Shown piece by piece: positions 12,120 to 24,371 of a DNA stretch of 64,000 bases (the stretch's first letter is position 1; the number at the start of each line of letters is the position of its first letter). The position numbers and the translations under genes were made by a program. Source of the stretch: Octopus sinensis (lineage: Eukaryota); contig NC_043010.1 in the NCBI RefSeq assembly GCF_006345805.1, positions 68,014,001 to 68,078,000 on the forward strand. Reading direction: 5' to 3'. A model generated the notes under the pieces. It saw only the letters and a list, made by a program, of their open reading frames with translations. It was not told where the DNA came from and searched no databases.

Positions 12120-12600
12120 CTACTAAAGACATAGGCTCTTTCCACTGAAGAAGCAAGAGCTTCCTGCTGAATATGTGGGCCCTTGCTGCTGGAGATGATG
12201 GAGCTTGCCACCAAAGATGCAGGCTCTTGTCACCAAAGTCGCGGGCTGTTTCCACCGAAGTTGCAGGCTGTTTTCCTGCTGAAGTCGCAGGCCATTTCCA
12301 CCGAAGTCGCTGGCCATTTCCGCCGAAGTCGCGGGCCATTCCTGCCGGAGTTGTGGGCTGTTTCTGTCGGAGTTGCGGGCCATTGCCGCTGGAGTCGAAG
12401 GCCGTTTCTGCCAGAGTGGCGGGCCATTTCCCCTGGAGTCGCGGGCCATTTCTGCTGAAGCTGCAGGCTGTTTCTGCTGAGGTTGTGGGCCGTTGCTGCC
12501 AGAGACACCAGAGCACAATGCCGGAGCTTGACTCTGAAAAAACAGGAGCTTCCTGCCAAAGACGTGGGCTCTTGCCACCAAAAACATTGGCATTTTTCCT
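12120..12600. repeat. GC-rich 22-bp minisatellite, about 21 degenerate units
   Basis: Unit about GAAGTCGCGGGCCATTTCCGCC, with anchors at 12238, 12260, 12284, 12306, 12328, 12350, 12372, 12394, 12416, 12438, 12460, 12482. Confidence 0.9.
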
Positions 12601-12996
12601 GCATACAAAACACATATGGCAGAATATCATCACACAAGTAATGAAGGGAATTGTAAGACTTTGGTTGAGAGCATCCAGTTAGTAAACAAAAACTTTGTGT
12701 TTAAAATGTCCAAGAAAAAATACATAAAAACATATTGCCAGGGAAATAATTCCCAGTAATTTGGTTGATCTGTGATGTCATGATGGGAGGAGGGCTGCAC
12801 AGTAGCTTCACCAATCACGACCATCACCATCTATGAATGAAGAGGGAGACTTTCTATAGTTGCTCATCTAGTTAGAAATAATAGCCAAATCTTCCCTCTG
12901 GCCTCCCACCCCACAAGAAAAACACACTTTAAAAAGAAAGGTCACATACTATAATAAAATTCAAAACCAAGATGAAATCATCATGGCTGGAACACA

Positions 12997-13396
12997 TCTC
13001 TATATATATATAAAGCTGAAGTTGTCAGTGTATGACAGGTTTGGTAGCCTTCAACTAATACTATCTCCTCCGAGACCCTGCAGCGCAAGTTGACCAAAAT
13101 TGAGAGCATGATAGAAGAAGGCTTGCTCTTCCTTCCGTAGAAGAAAAAATTCAAATCGGACCATGTTAACACCAAAAGTTATTTACATAATAAAGGTGCT
13201 TTTTTTCTATGAAAATCCCTATATTTTACGATTTTTTGACTCCTGTGTTGCCATTTTTCGATGTATTTCAACCAGAAAAATGTTCACTTAAAGAGAATAA
13301 CAAGCTACATAATGCAAAATTTTTACTTTTCAAAAATTCCAATTCTAAAGGGCCAAAAAGAAAACAAACCCGAGCAACGCAGGGCTATAATACTAG
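12997..13396 (+). mobile_element. Non-autonomous Helitron, 400 bp
   Basis: 5' TC in 'a|TCTCTATATATATATAAAGCTGAAG', 3' imperfect hairpin 'cccgagcaacgcaggg' (13369-13384) then CTAG|t. Inserted between A and T with no TSD. Confidence 0.8.
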
Positions 13397-14527
13397 TAGA
13401 TGATAAATCTACTTAATCAGACTAAACAACCACTGTGCCATCATCCCCAACCACTAAATCCTTTTAACGATTTTAGTGGGGTCACTGTTATTATCCTTAA
13501 TTGCCGGCTGCTCTGGCAAATGTCACATGCTAACTCTAAGTAGTCAATTGTTTAGCCCTAGGTCAACCTGGATTGAGTAGACCAGACTTATATGATCAGT
13601 AGTATTCCAGCCATGACCATATATATATATTTTTGTTTTAGACATGTTGGACTATATTTTCCAGTGCATCCGCCCTTATTGGCCGGATGTGTGTGGAGTG
13701 AGATTTGACTGCTATTTCTAGCATGTTGTGCAATTATATAGAGGCTCCCTCATTGGCTTGTAATTAGTTATGGAGGAGGAGGGGTGGTAGTAGTAGTAGT
13801 TGTAGTAGTAGACTTCCCTAGAACTGAAGTGATATCATATCCCACTCCCTTCCCTTCAGCCCCATGCCTAAATGCTTCTTTCTTCAAATGTCACAATTAT
13901 TTGCAATGTCCTTCCTGAGGATATTAGGTTTTTATGAGGTCAGTGGGGTGGAGACAGTGAAGGAGTGATGAGAGGGGGAAAGAGAGAAAAAGAAAAGGAG
14001 GGAGCACTCACCTCCCCACCCTCACTTCTATGTTTCTCAAAGTTTAATCATGGTTGTGATAGTTATGGAGGCTATGGTATATACAGCTGCTGTTGTAATT
14101 GTTTAAGTCTCAGGTCAACCTCAATCAAACAGACCTGTTTCCAGTGCATTCCAACCATGACCATCCCATCTTATATAGAGAACTTGAGTTACCACAATGT
14201 AGAACCTCCCCACTTTTTTTTACTAAGATGGTAATGTTTTTATTTGAGGAAGAGTTGGCTGCTATTTCTAAGCATGTTGAATGACTATGTAAGGGTACCT
14301 TTCTTGGTTCTTTACTGTCTGGTAGCTAGATGTGTACAGGGATTGAGGCCCCTTGGGTTGTGATAGAAGTGATAGTAAATTCAATACTATGTCAGGTAGC
14401 TAGGAGATACCTTTTGTGATTGAAGCCCTTTAGGTAGTGATAGAAGCAAAAGTAATGATATGGAAACAAGCCTCTCCCTTACATCATAACAGTTGTCAGT
14501 ACCTGAGTTGGCGATGATATTTTCCTA

Positions 14528-14744
14528 CTCTTTAGCATTCAAACTGACCGTATCTGGCCAAAATGTTCTCCCTGTTTTATGATCAAACTGGCCAGATCTC
14601 TCCTCTGCCATCTGCCTTATGTCTTTCTAAAAATATACATTCAAATCATCAAAATCTCAAAGCTACAAGATGATGCATGATTAATTCAAAACAATTTGGA
14701 TAAATAAGAATTACATATGACAGAGTAATCTGAAGGCTAAAGGG
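14528..14744. mobile_element. piggyBac-like MITE (type 2)
   Basis: Ends 'gctaaaggg|TTAA'; degenerate left end 'ctctttagc'. Related to the outer element at 62194-62603. Confidence 0.65.
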
Positions 14745-15039
14745 TTAACACCATTTTTAAAAAAAAATTCCCAACCACATGGTTCCGGGTTCAGTCCCAG
14801 TATGTAGCATCTTGTCTCGGGCCGACCAAAGCCTTGTGAGTGGATTTGGTAGAAGGAAACTAAAAGAAGCCTGTCATATATATATGTACATGTATATATA
14901 TGTATGTGTGTGTATATGTTTGTGTGTCTGTGTTTGTCCCCCCAATATCGCTTGACAACCGATGCTGGTGTGTTTATGTCCCTGTAACTTAGCGGTTTGG
15001 CAAAAGATACCGATAGAATAAGTACAATTAGAACTCAGA

Positions 15040-15550
15040 ATGGTGGAATTAGAACTCAGAATGTAAAGATAGACGAAATACTACTAAGCATTTCGCTTGG
15101 TGTGCTAACGTTTCTTTTCTACTCTAGGCACAAGACCCGAAATTTTTGGAGAAGGGAGCTAGTTGATTAGATTAACTCCAGTACACAACTGGTACTTAAT
15201 TTATCAAACCTGAAAGGATGAAAGGCAAAGTTGACCTTGGAATTTGAACCTAGAATGTAAAGACAGACAAAATATCACTGTAAGCATTTTGCCCAGTGTG
15301 CTAACGTTTCTGCCAGCTCGCCACCTTCCTTGTGCATATTATTTTTTTTCTACTCTAGGCACAAGGTCTGAAATTTTTGGGGAGGTGGGGCAGTCGATTA
15401 GATTGTCCCCAGTATGCAACTGGTGCTCAATTTATCGGCTCCGAAAGGATGAAAGGCAAAGTCAACCTCCGCGGAATTTGAACTCAGAACGTAAAGACAG
15501 ATGCGAAGCATTTCACCCAGCTTGCTAACTTTTCTGCCAGCTTGCCGCCT
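15040..15550 (-). mobile_element. Three adjacent SINE B copies or fragments
   Basis: Repeated 'gaaaggatgaaaggcaaagt...aatttgaac' and 'ttctgccagctcgcc' motifs. Confidence 0.85.
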
Positions 15551-15582
15551 TCTTTGTACATATTATTAACATATCTAATACA

Positions 15583-15901
15583 TTTTTTATTTTATTTATG
15601 CACCCTTTTCAAGCCTAGCCAGGCTCATGGGCCCGGTTTCCCGGTTTCTATGGCGTATGTGTTCCCCCCAGCTGGATGGGACACCAGTCCATCGCAGCGT
15701 TACTCAAGAAACAGGAAGAAAGAGTGAGAGAAAGTTGGGGCGAAAGAGTACAACAGGGGTCACCGCCACCCCCTGCCGGAACCTAGTGGAGCTTTAGGTG
15801 TTTTCGCTCAATAAACACACACAAAGCCCGGTCTGGGTATCGAAACCGCGATCCTCCGACCGTGGGTCCACTGCCCTAACCACTGGGCCATTGTGCCTCC
15901 A
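15583..15901 (-). mobile_element. SINE family C (tRNA-like head), tail variant 1
   Basis: Minus strand 'ggaggcacaatggcccagtggttagggcag...gtttcgatacc' (A and B boxes); ends in 'gggtgcataaataaaataaaaaa'. Confidence 0.85.
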
Positions 15902-18039
15902 CATCTAATACATATATCCTGCAAAATCACTTTGCAGACTGCCATCATAGTCAGTGGAATAGAAATGAAAAAAATTTTTTTCTTCTTTCTATGTGGTCTG
16001 GTACCAAATGATCCATGGCTAAGTACTGGTTCACCACCTAGTGGTTCTGGACTGACTTCTGATGTAAACAATACCGGTCACTGCTAATATCATTTCTCCA
16101 TCCCCCTTTCTCATAATTATTTCTTTTCTACTTAGTCCTTTTGTGCTTCCACGTTTCTCTTCATTAAATATGTTAACACTAATTTAGCTATTATTAGTTA
16201 ATTAGTTATAAGTGGCCGTCATCATCCAGCTATATGATTAATTGTTTTGACAATTGTCCAGTGTTGCTAAAACAAACAAACAACCTAGCAAAATGGTGAA
16301 TGTTAGAATCGGTAGAGCGTAGGACAAAACCCTTTGTGTTATTTTGCTATATCTGATATATTCTGAAAATCTTTCACCTTTCATGATTCCAGGTGTGGCT
16401 GTGTGGTAAGAAGCTAACTTCCCAACCACATGGTTCCAGGTTCAGTCCCACTGTATGGCACCTCGGGCAATTATCTTTTACTATAGCCTCGGGCCAACCA
16501 ATCCTTGTGAGTGGATCTGGTAGACAGAAACTGGTTTCATGTAACCCCTGCCCCCACTCAGACACTTCTGTTTCACTCATCTTCCATCCTCTTGTCATGC
16601 TTATTGACCCTCCTCCCTCCTACACTCAGCTCCCACTCGAGCTACTGCACTCAGACTTTTCTCTCCAGAAATTTAGCCCTCTGAGATTTACTCTTTGCAT
16701 ATAGCACAAGTGTGGCAGTGTGGTTAAGAAGTTTGCTTCCCAACCACTTGGTTTCAGGTTCAGTCCCACTGGGTGACAGCTTGGGCAAGTAACTTCTAAG
16801 ATAGCCCCAAGACTGACAAAAGCCTTCTGAGTGGATCTGGTTGACAGAAGCTGAAAAAAAGCCTGTTTGTGTTTTGTACTTTCTTATTTTGACTTCGTGA
16901 TGTAAAGGTACGTCATTCATTCCCCATAGTCTTTGTAAACATGTCTGGCGATAGGGAAATGTAACGTTCTTTGCTGGGAAACGTGAAGGGAATCTGACCA
17001 TAGAAAAATGTATGTGTCTCAAGGAACATTGTCCAACATATTCATGCATGGAAAAGTGGATGTTAAAACGATTATGATGATGATGGTGATGATATGATTC
17101 CCCTATGGCCTTGGCTTGCCACAGTTTAAGAATCTATTTTCCTATTCTCAGAGGGCCTGTAAAAGCCCCCCCCCCACACACAGTTACTACTTCTAGTGAA
17201 ATAAAAAATAACCCCCCCCCAATACACACAAATGCCCCCCCCCCCGGCCAAACAAGCCTCTGATAAAAAATGCGTCTGTGACCATCCAGCTCCCCCTCAT
17301 TTTTTGTTATGGTTTTAGCGTATGGTTTGAGGGATATTTGGTTGCTCTTCCTTGGTGGTGGGGGTGAGATGTGAGATTTGGCTGCTATTTCTAGTAGGTT
17401 GCATGACCATCCCGCTTTTTGGGATTTTTAAAAAATATTTTCAGACATAGCACATCTAGGAATTCATTATAAAATGTGTCCCTTTTTCGCATTATGGCAT
17501 GACAGTGTGATTTGAGGGATATTTGGCTGATCTTCCTTGACAGATGGTGGGATGTGAGATTTGGTTGTTATTTCTAGCAGGTTGCATGACCACCTAGAAG
17601 CTCCCTTGTTAGCTTGCTCAGCAAAAAAATGGAAATAGTTATAACTGAAAGAATCTATATCACTCCACAGCCAACAAACAACACGGCCAGTATTGATCTC
17701 TCTTTATAGCATCGGAATGATTACCATTTAGCATTTCAGAGAACACTAGCCGCTACCAATAGTGCGGCACCAATAAATAGTAAACTAATGGAATTGAGTA
17801 AACTTCCAACGCCTGGACTATAAAACACCATAGGATTTTTCCTCGCATTTGATGGCACTATCCACTTTGGTTGCTGCTCATTGGCTAAGCTAGCTTGCTG
17901 GCTGGCTGGCTGGTCGGCCAGTTGGTACGCAGGCTGGCCGGTTGGCTGGTTGGCAGGCTGGTTGGTTTGTTACTCTTGGCAACTGAGTTCACAGGAATCA
18001 CATAGCAAAAGACTAGAACTTAGAGCCATCTATACATAA

Positions 18040-18134
18040 ATATGCACTCACACACACACACTTATGCATATATAAACATACATATATATATATATATATA
18101 TATGTATATAGTAATTAGCTATCACTTACAGGCG

Positions 18135-18180
<46 letters not shown>

Positions 18181-18482
18181 TAAAATCAATACTGCAACAG
18201 AGCTGCACAACTCAATGTATTGACAAGGATGAAATAGAGTAGAGGTGTTAGTGTATGTGTGGTATGTAGTGGGGAGGGAGGTTGTAGGGGAATTTGAAAG
18301 GGTGAGGTGGCAGTATAAGGCAGAAATGAGTAGTCAGATATGTGTGATGTGTCTGCATGCATAAATAGTGTGTGTGTATGTATGTGTATATATGTATGTG
18401 TGTGTGTCTGTATATATATGTTTTATGCAGATACATGCATATGCAAATACACATTCATACATGCATAATACTATTTATACAA

Positions 18483-18534
<52 letters not shown>

Positions 18535-18774
18535 ACATACACATACATGCACATTTATACATGCATAATACTGTTTATACAAGTGTGTGTGTGTGTGGTG
18601 TGTGTGTACATACACATACATGCACATTTATACATGCATAATACTGTTTATACAAGTGTGTGTGTGTGTGTGTGTGTGTGGTGTATATATATATATATAT
18701 ATATCTATGTATATACACATACATGCACATTCACATACATGCATAATATTATTTACACAGACACACACATACAC

Positions 18775-18805
<31 letters not shown>

Positions 18806-18970
18806 GCACATTCATACATGCAAATTGATGTGTATATGCATGCTATATATATATGTATATATACATATATCCCCATTATAAATGTTTATTAAATTGTGCA
18901 TAACTCCACATGTGTGCTTTCTTGCATGCATACATACATACATACATACATACATACATACATACATACA

Positions 18971-19051
<81 letters not shown>

Positions 19052-19060
19052 CATTTACAT
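18040..19060. repeat. About 1-kb compound (TA)n/(TG)n/(TACA)n microsatellite region
   Basis: Read directly, with a short unique interruption near 18180-18340. Confidence 0.9.
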
Positions 19061-20059
19061 GCCTTCATTGTAAATGTATGCCTGTTTGTGTTGTGTTGTA
19101 TGCAGAATTGATACATATCTTCATACGCACAATATAGTATAATTGTTTGATAAATTTAAATACACACACACACAAAACTTCAGCTTTATTAGGCTATTAT
19201 GCAAACCAAGGCTGTGTACGCATGTGCATTATGGTCACGCCTCAGCCAGAGCTATTTGTGACATGTTGGTCATGTAATGTGAAAACAACTGAGATGGAAT
19301 CAATAAACTTTTCAGTAAAAGACTATGGTGACATGACACGGACTATCTGTATGGTCAAATACCAACCATATCCATCTCTGATGCCAGCTTCCACCCCCCT
19401 TTTTTTTTTATGTAAAAAATTTTTTAAATTTAAGGAAGTTGTCACATTTTAGTATCTATCCCCAGATCACTCCAACCAAAGTTAAATTCAATAAACACTG
19501 TACTAATTATAATTAATTATTAATATAAAATACATTAATTGCCCACACATTTATATAATGATATTAAAACTTAATAAGGTCTTCTTGTCTCTTTAAATCA
19601 CTTAAGCTCTTCACTATAAAAATTAATTTTTAATTAGTGATGTAGAGTTTACATCTTTCCTTTATATGCATCATTAGGTAGGTGCATCGTTGGAAATTTT
19701 ATTGAAAAAGTAGTTTTTTTTTTTTTTTCCCCTTCCAGCATTGTAGTAACGGTCACCTTAGCAACCAGTTACTGCAGTATACACTTTTAGAATGGTGGTT
19801 TAAAGAAAGTGTGCAGGCAGAAAAGGATGGAGATAGACAGGCTTGGTGGGCTGAATGGGGATGGTGATGTAGACATGTGGACAGAGTGGGTGGGTGGGGT
19901 GGGTGGGGTGGAGGGGAGTACATGTTGGTGAACAGTGGAAGGCATGGGTAGGTGTATGGAGGGGAGATAAGAGAAAGTGAAGAGAGAGAGAAATACAGGC
20001 TTGGTGCATGGGCTGGAAGAGAGAGGCAGCTGGATGGAGGGGTGGAGACAGGACGGTGG

Positions 20060-20210
20060 ATAGTGTGGGAAACGTAGGATGCTGGATTGTGTGGGAAACA
20101 TAGGATGCTGGATTGTGTGGGAAACATAGGATGGTGGATTGTGTGGGAAACTAGATTTTGGATGGTGGTTTCTGTGGGAAACGTAACATGGTAGATTGTG
20201 TAGGAAACAG
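20060..20210. repeat. 26-bp tandem repeat, five to six units, in a G-rich segment
   Basis: 'gtgggaaacataggatgctggattgt' anchors at 20065, 20091, 20117, 20143, then degenerate units at 20174 and 20199. Confidence 0.85.
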
Positions 20211-20829
20211 GACAGTAGTTGGTGCGGCAGAGACAGTGGACTGTTGGGAAGGCTGGTGGACGGTAGTAGGAGACGTGTGAGAGTTGATGCTGTTGGACAC
20301 TGGATCGTGGATAGAGTGAGGAATGGAGGATGGTGAGAGATTGGGAGATACAGGATGGTAGACAAAATAGGTGATGCAGGTTGGGGGACAGAAAGAATGG
20401 GTGATAAAGGGTGGCAGATGTATTGTGAGATATAGATCAACAGGTAGTGTGAATTACAAGTTCTTTGACAAATTGTGAGAGCTGGCCAGTATTTGACTGA
20501 TGAGGTCCTTTCATGGATAAACTGGGGAGTTACTGACAGATGGAGTAGGAAGGCACGAGCAGGAGGATGAAGTGAGAGACCTGTAGGGAGATGGACTGAG
20601 GGAAAATTTGGCAAATGATGCCTTGAGAAGCTGACCAGTGGATGAACTGACTAGGAGATACAATCAAGCTAATGGACACCCACAAGGGCAGTGTGTGCTC
20701 AAAAGAATCTTAAAGAAGACCAAGGAATTGTAAAAAAAAACTTCCCTTCCTGTAAATAATGGCTATCCCACTTAGTCTTTCTCAAGATTAATTAAAAAGA
20801 AAATCCATCCTTCCGTCCACCATCTATGT

Positions 20830-21240
20830 CCACTAATCCTGGGAGGGTCATGCGGGTAGAGTCCTTGGGCACGTCTCCTTTAAGGTCCTATTAGACTTTC
20901 CAGCTGGATTTCCAAGTATGATCAACTGGGATTATGGATATTATCCACCCCTCTCTCATTCTTGATCTTCCCCTAGGTCTCCTGCTGGTCAGCTCAGTTT
21001 GAAGTATCTGTCTTGTGAATTCTCTCCCGTGACATTCTAATCATGTCTATAGTGCTCATGTTGTGACCGCTCAATTCAGAGAAATAGTGGCTTGACCTGG
21101 GGAGACTCCCTGATCTCTGAGGTATGCACCTGATATCCTTCGCAAAAAAACCCATTTCAGCTACTTGTATACACAGTTCTACTATTTCAATCATTACCCA
21201 ACCATAGGTAAGGGTAGGTATTGAAACCAAGTTGAAGAAT
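20830..21240 (-). mobile_element. RTE-clade LINE ORF2 C-terminal remnant
   Basis: Track ORF 20994-21230 contains IPTLTYGWVMIE...IQVAEMGFF, like the RTE PTLTYG.E.WVMTE...IQAAEM.FL motif. Downstream TSRRPRGRSR matches the GRRPRGRPR motif. Confidence 0.7.
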
Positions 21241-21321
21241 TCGAATTATGCTTTTTTTTACTGCCCTCTCCTCATCTGAGGATTGAATACTGGAGCTGGT
21301 GCATTATTGTGCTAGCACCTA

Positions 21322-21853
21322 GGCGCAGGAGTGGCTGTGTGGTAAATAGCTTGCTTACCAACCACATGGTTCTGGGTTCATTCCCACTGTGTGGCACCTT
21401 GGGCAAGTGTCTTTTTTTTTTCAATTATTGTATTTGATGGCATATAAGATGCACATTTTATCCCCCAAAAGGTCTTTAAAAAAAATCCTCCCACATAAGT
21501 GAAATCGGACCTGTATTACATGCTCAACCTTTTAGCATTCAGATTACTCAAAGTGTCTTTCTCAGGCCGACCAAAGCCTTGTGAGTGGATTTGGTAGACA
21601 GAAACTGAAAGCAGCCCCGTCATATATGTGTATATATATATATATGTATGTGTGTGTATATGTTTGTGTGTCTGTGTTTGTCCCCCCAACATCGCTTGAC
21701 AACCAATGGTGGTGTGTTTACGTCCCCGTAAATTAGCGGTTCGGCAAAAGAGACCGATAGAGTAAGTACTAGGCTTCCAAAGAATAAGTCCTCGGGTCAA
21801 TTTGCTCAACTAAAGGCGGTGCTCCAGCATGGCTGAAACAAGTAAAAGAGTAA
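21322..21853 (+). mobile_element. SINE A interrupted by a locally templated insertion
   Basis: Head 21322-21414, insert 21415-21550, SINE resumes after a repeat of 'aagtgtcttt' (21405-21414 and 21551-21560). Confidence 0.85.
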
Positions 21854-22357
21854 ATGCACAGTTTTAATTTCTGAATTATTATTTCTAGCTGAGATTCCAG
21901 AATGTTTAATTATGTACTTTAAAATATTTTCATTGGCCTCTAAGCAGTTTGGGTTTGAATCCTGTTAGGATTTCCCTTCATTATTCTTTTTTCTTCTTTT
22001 TTTTTTTGATGGCATATAAGATGCACATTTTATCCCCCAAAAGGTCTTTAAAAGAATCCTCCCACATAAGTGAAATCAGACCTGTATTACATGCTCAACC
22101 CTTTAGCATTCAGATTACTCCAAATTAATTGAAACAAAGGCATTTTATGTCTATTGAAATATGGTAACAAAAGGGTTAAAGTGATCTAATTTGAAACTTT
22201 TTTCCACCAACATTTCATTTTCATTTATATTCTAAACATCAGATTAGTAATGACAAGGCTGTTTTTCTAAATTCTTTATTTTCAAGATTAATTGAAAGAA
22301 AGGCAGCTGAAGTCAACAAAAATATGGTAGCAAAAAGCTTAAAGCGATCTAATTTAA

Positions 22358-22570
22358 CCCTTTTGTTACTGTATTTATTTTGAGATGTTCTCTGTTTCTT
22401 TCAATTACTTTAAATATAACAAAGAATTTAGTAAAATAAGTTAGTCAGCTGATTTTAGGAACATAAATTGTGACTAAGATTTGGTGGAAGATTTTAATTC
22501 AAAACTTATGAAAACAAGACATTTATACTACAGAGCCAGGACTGTTTCTGCCGGGTTGGTATCAAAAGGG
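22358..22570. mobile_element. piggyBac-like MITE (type 1), 213 bp
   Basis: TTAA|CCCTTTTGTTAC ... GTATCAAAAGGG|TTAA: 11/12 TIR match and TTAA on both sides. Confidence 0.85.
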
Positions 22571-22601
22571 TTAAGAATTGTTTCTCTATTATATATTTCA
22601 A

Positions 22602-22823
22602 CCCTTTCATTATTTTATTTATTTTGAGGTGCTCTGTGTTTCTTTCAATTAATTTTAAATATAACAAAGAATTTAGTAAAATAACTTAGTTATCATTAAG
22701 CTAGTGTTAGGAACATAAACTGTGACTAAGGTTTGGTGGAAGATTTTAATTAAAAACTTATGAAAACAAGACATTTGTACTACAGAGCCAAAGGCGGTTT
22801 CAGCCAGGTTGGTATCGAAAGGG
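22602..22823. mobile_element. piggyBac-like MITE (type 1), second adjacent copy
   Basis: Same body as 22358-22570; ends 'gtatcgaaaggg|TTAA'; left flank TCAA. Confidence 0.8.
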
Positions 22824-23920
22824 TTAAAACTTTCCATCAACATTTCAATTCAATTTATATTCTAAACACTAGCTTAATAATGACAATGTTGTTTTTCTAG
22901 ATTTTGTATTATTTACAAAATTAATTGAAACAGGAAGTTTATGCCTGCAAAAATATGGTAAGAAAAGGGTTAAGGCAGGCTGATTTGGCAGCTATTTTTA
23001 GCTTTACAAGAGACCAACATTGTGGAGGCTCTCTTATTACTTGTTATAGGGGTGAGTTGCGAGAGAGAGAGTGGGGCTATCAGGAATCACAGAACAGTAC
23101 CGGGGGGGGGGGGGGGGGGGGTTCTCGAGATGGGTAAATGTAATGGATGTGAGGGGAAGGGGTGGGGTGGCAGAAATTTTAGAAGTCTCCCCCTCTTCCT
23201 TCCGCCACTGGTGGTTTGGTTGATATGGATGGTGAGAACATTTTACAGATGTTTTTTTTTGTGATGATGCTGCTGGTGATGATAATGATGATGGTAATGT
23301 TGCTGTTAGTTTTTTTTTTTTTTTCCTGTTTTTGTCGGGTTGGGTGTCATAGGGGGTTGCGATAAATGTATTAAGGGAAGTACTACAAATAATAAGTAAA
23401 TAAGTGAAAAATTAAATTAAAAAGTTGTCTGGGTGACTGATCCCAGAAGTTTGATCTCTCAGCTGCTGGGGTACTACTTGAGGTGTGTATGCGGTGGGAG
23501 GGAGGATGGCACTGCTGCAGTTATAGTTTGATAAGATAACCAAATTTGGAGACAGCCCTGGTTCAGGATGGTGTATGTATGGTGTGGCATGGTGTGGGAG
23601 CCAGGCATTAAATGTAGACAGGGAATTGATTGGGAGTGTGGAAGAATCTTGACTACCATATCATCTGGCCATCCCAACGCTTTACCTCCATGGTGTATAA
23701 AACTGTGTCAAGGTTCTTGTTGGTTACTGTTGGCCAAATCAGCCTTTGATGAAGCAGACCCTCTGGTCCCAAATGTGCCAGTAAAGACCAGTCCATTTTA
23801 TTATTTAGTTATTTTTTTTTTTGCAGCCAGAATGGGTCTAAGACTATGTTGCTCAGCATGTCCTTCCTTCCTGTTACTTAACAGCACAGTATATTTCAGT
23901 TTTACGAATTGACTGATAGT

Positions 23921-24330
23921 TACTCTTTTACTTGTTTCAGTCATTTGACTGCGGCCATGCTGGAGCACCGCCTTAGTCGAGCAAATCGACACCGGGACTT
24001 ATTCTTTGTAAGCCCAGTACTTATTTTATCGGTCTCTTTTGCTGAACCGCTAAGTGAAGTGACGGGGACTAAACACACCAGCATCGGTTGTCAAGCAATG
24101 CTAGGGGGACAAACACAGACACACAAACATATACACACACACATGTATATATATATATATACATATATACGACAGGCTTCTTTCAGTTTCCGTCTACTAA
24201 ATCCACTCACAAGGCATTGGTCGGCCCGAGGCTATAGCAGAAGACACTTGCCCAAGATGCCACGCAGTGGGACTGAACCCGGAACCATGTGGTTGGTTAG
24301 CAAACTACTTACCACACAGCCACTCCTGTG
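23921..24330 (-). mobile_element. SINE A, full length and young
   Basis: Complete reverse copy with CpGs retained. Confidence 0.92.
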
Positions 24331-24371
24331 TAAAATAACTTCTGTTGTGTAAAATAACTTCTGATGTTATA

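Noticed and set aside
11974-12682. Five overlapping 91-219 aa ORFs that look like a repetitive protein
   Set aside because: The underlying unit is 22 bp, so reading frames rotate every unit. ORFs are open on both strands because the repeat is GC-rich.
20497-20523. CTGATGA-GGTCC-tttcat-GGAT-AAAC hammerhead-like string
   Set aside because: The GAAA core is incomplete and I could not form stems I and III.
19787-20614. 275-aa Pro/Ser/Leu-rich ORF on the minus strand
   Set aside because: Explained by the C/T-rich strand of a G-rich low-complexity segment; no recognisable domain or flanking splice signals.
23102-23121. 20-nt poly-G run
   Set aside because: Homopolymer of uncertain assembled length; similar shorter G and C runs are scattered across the window with no associated structure.
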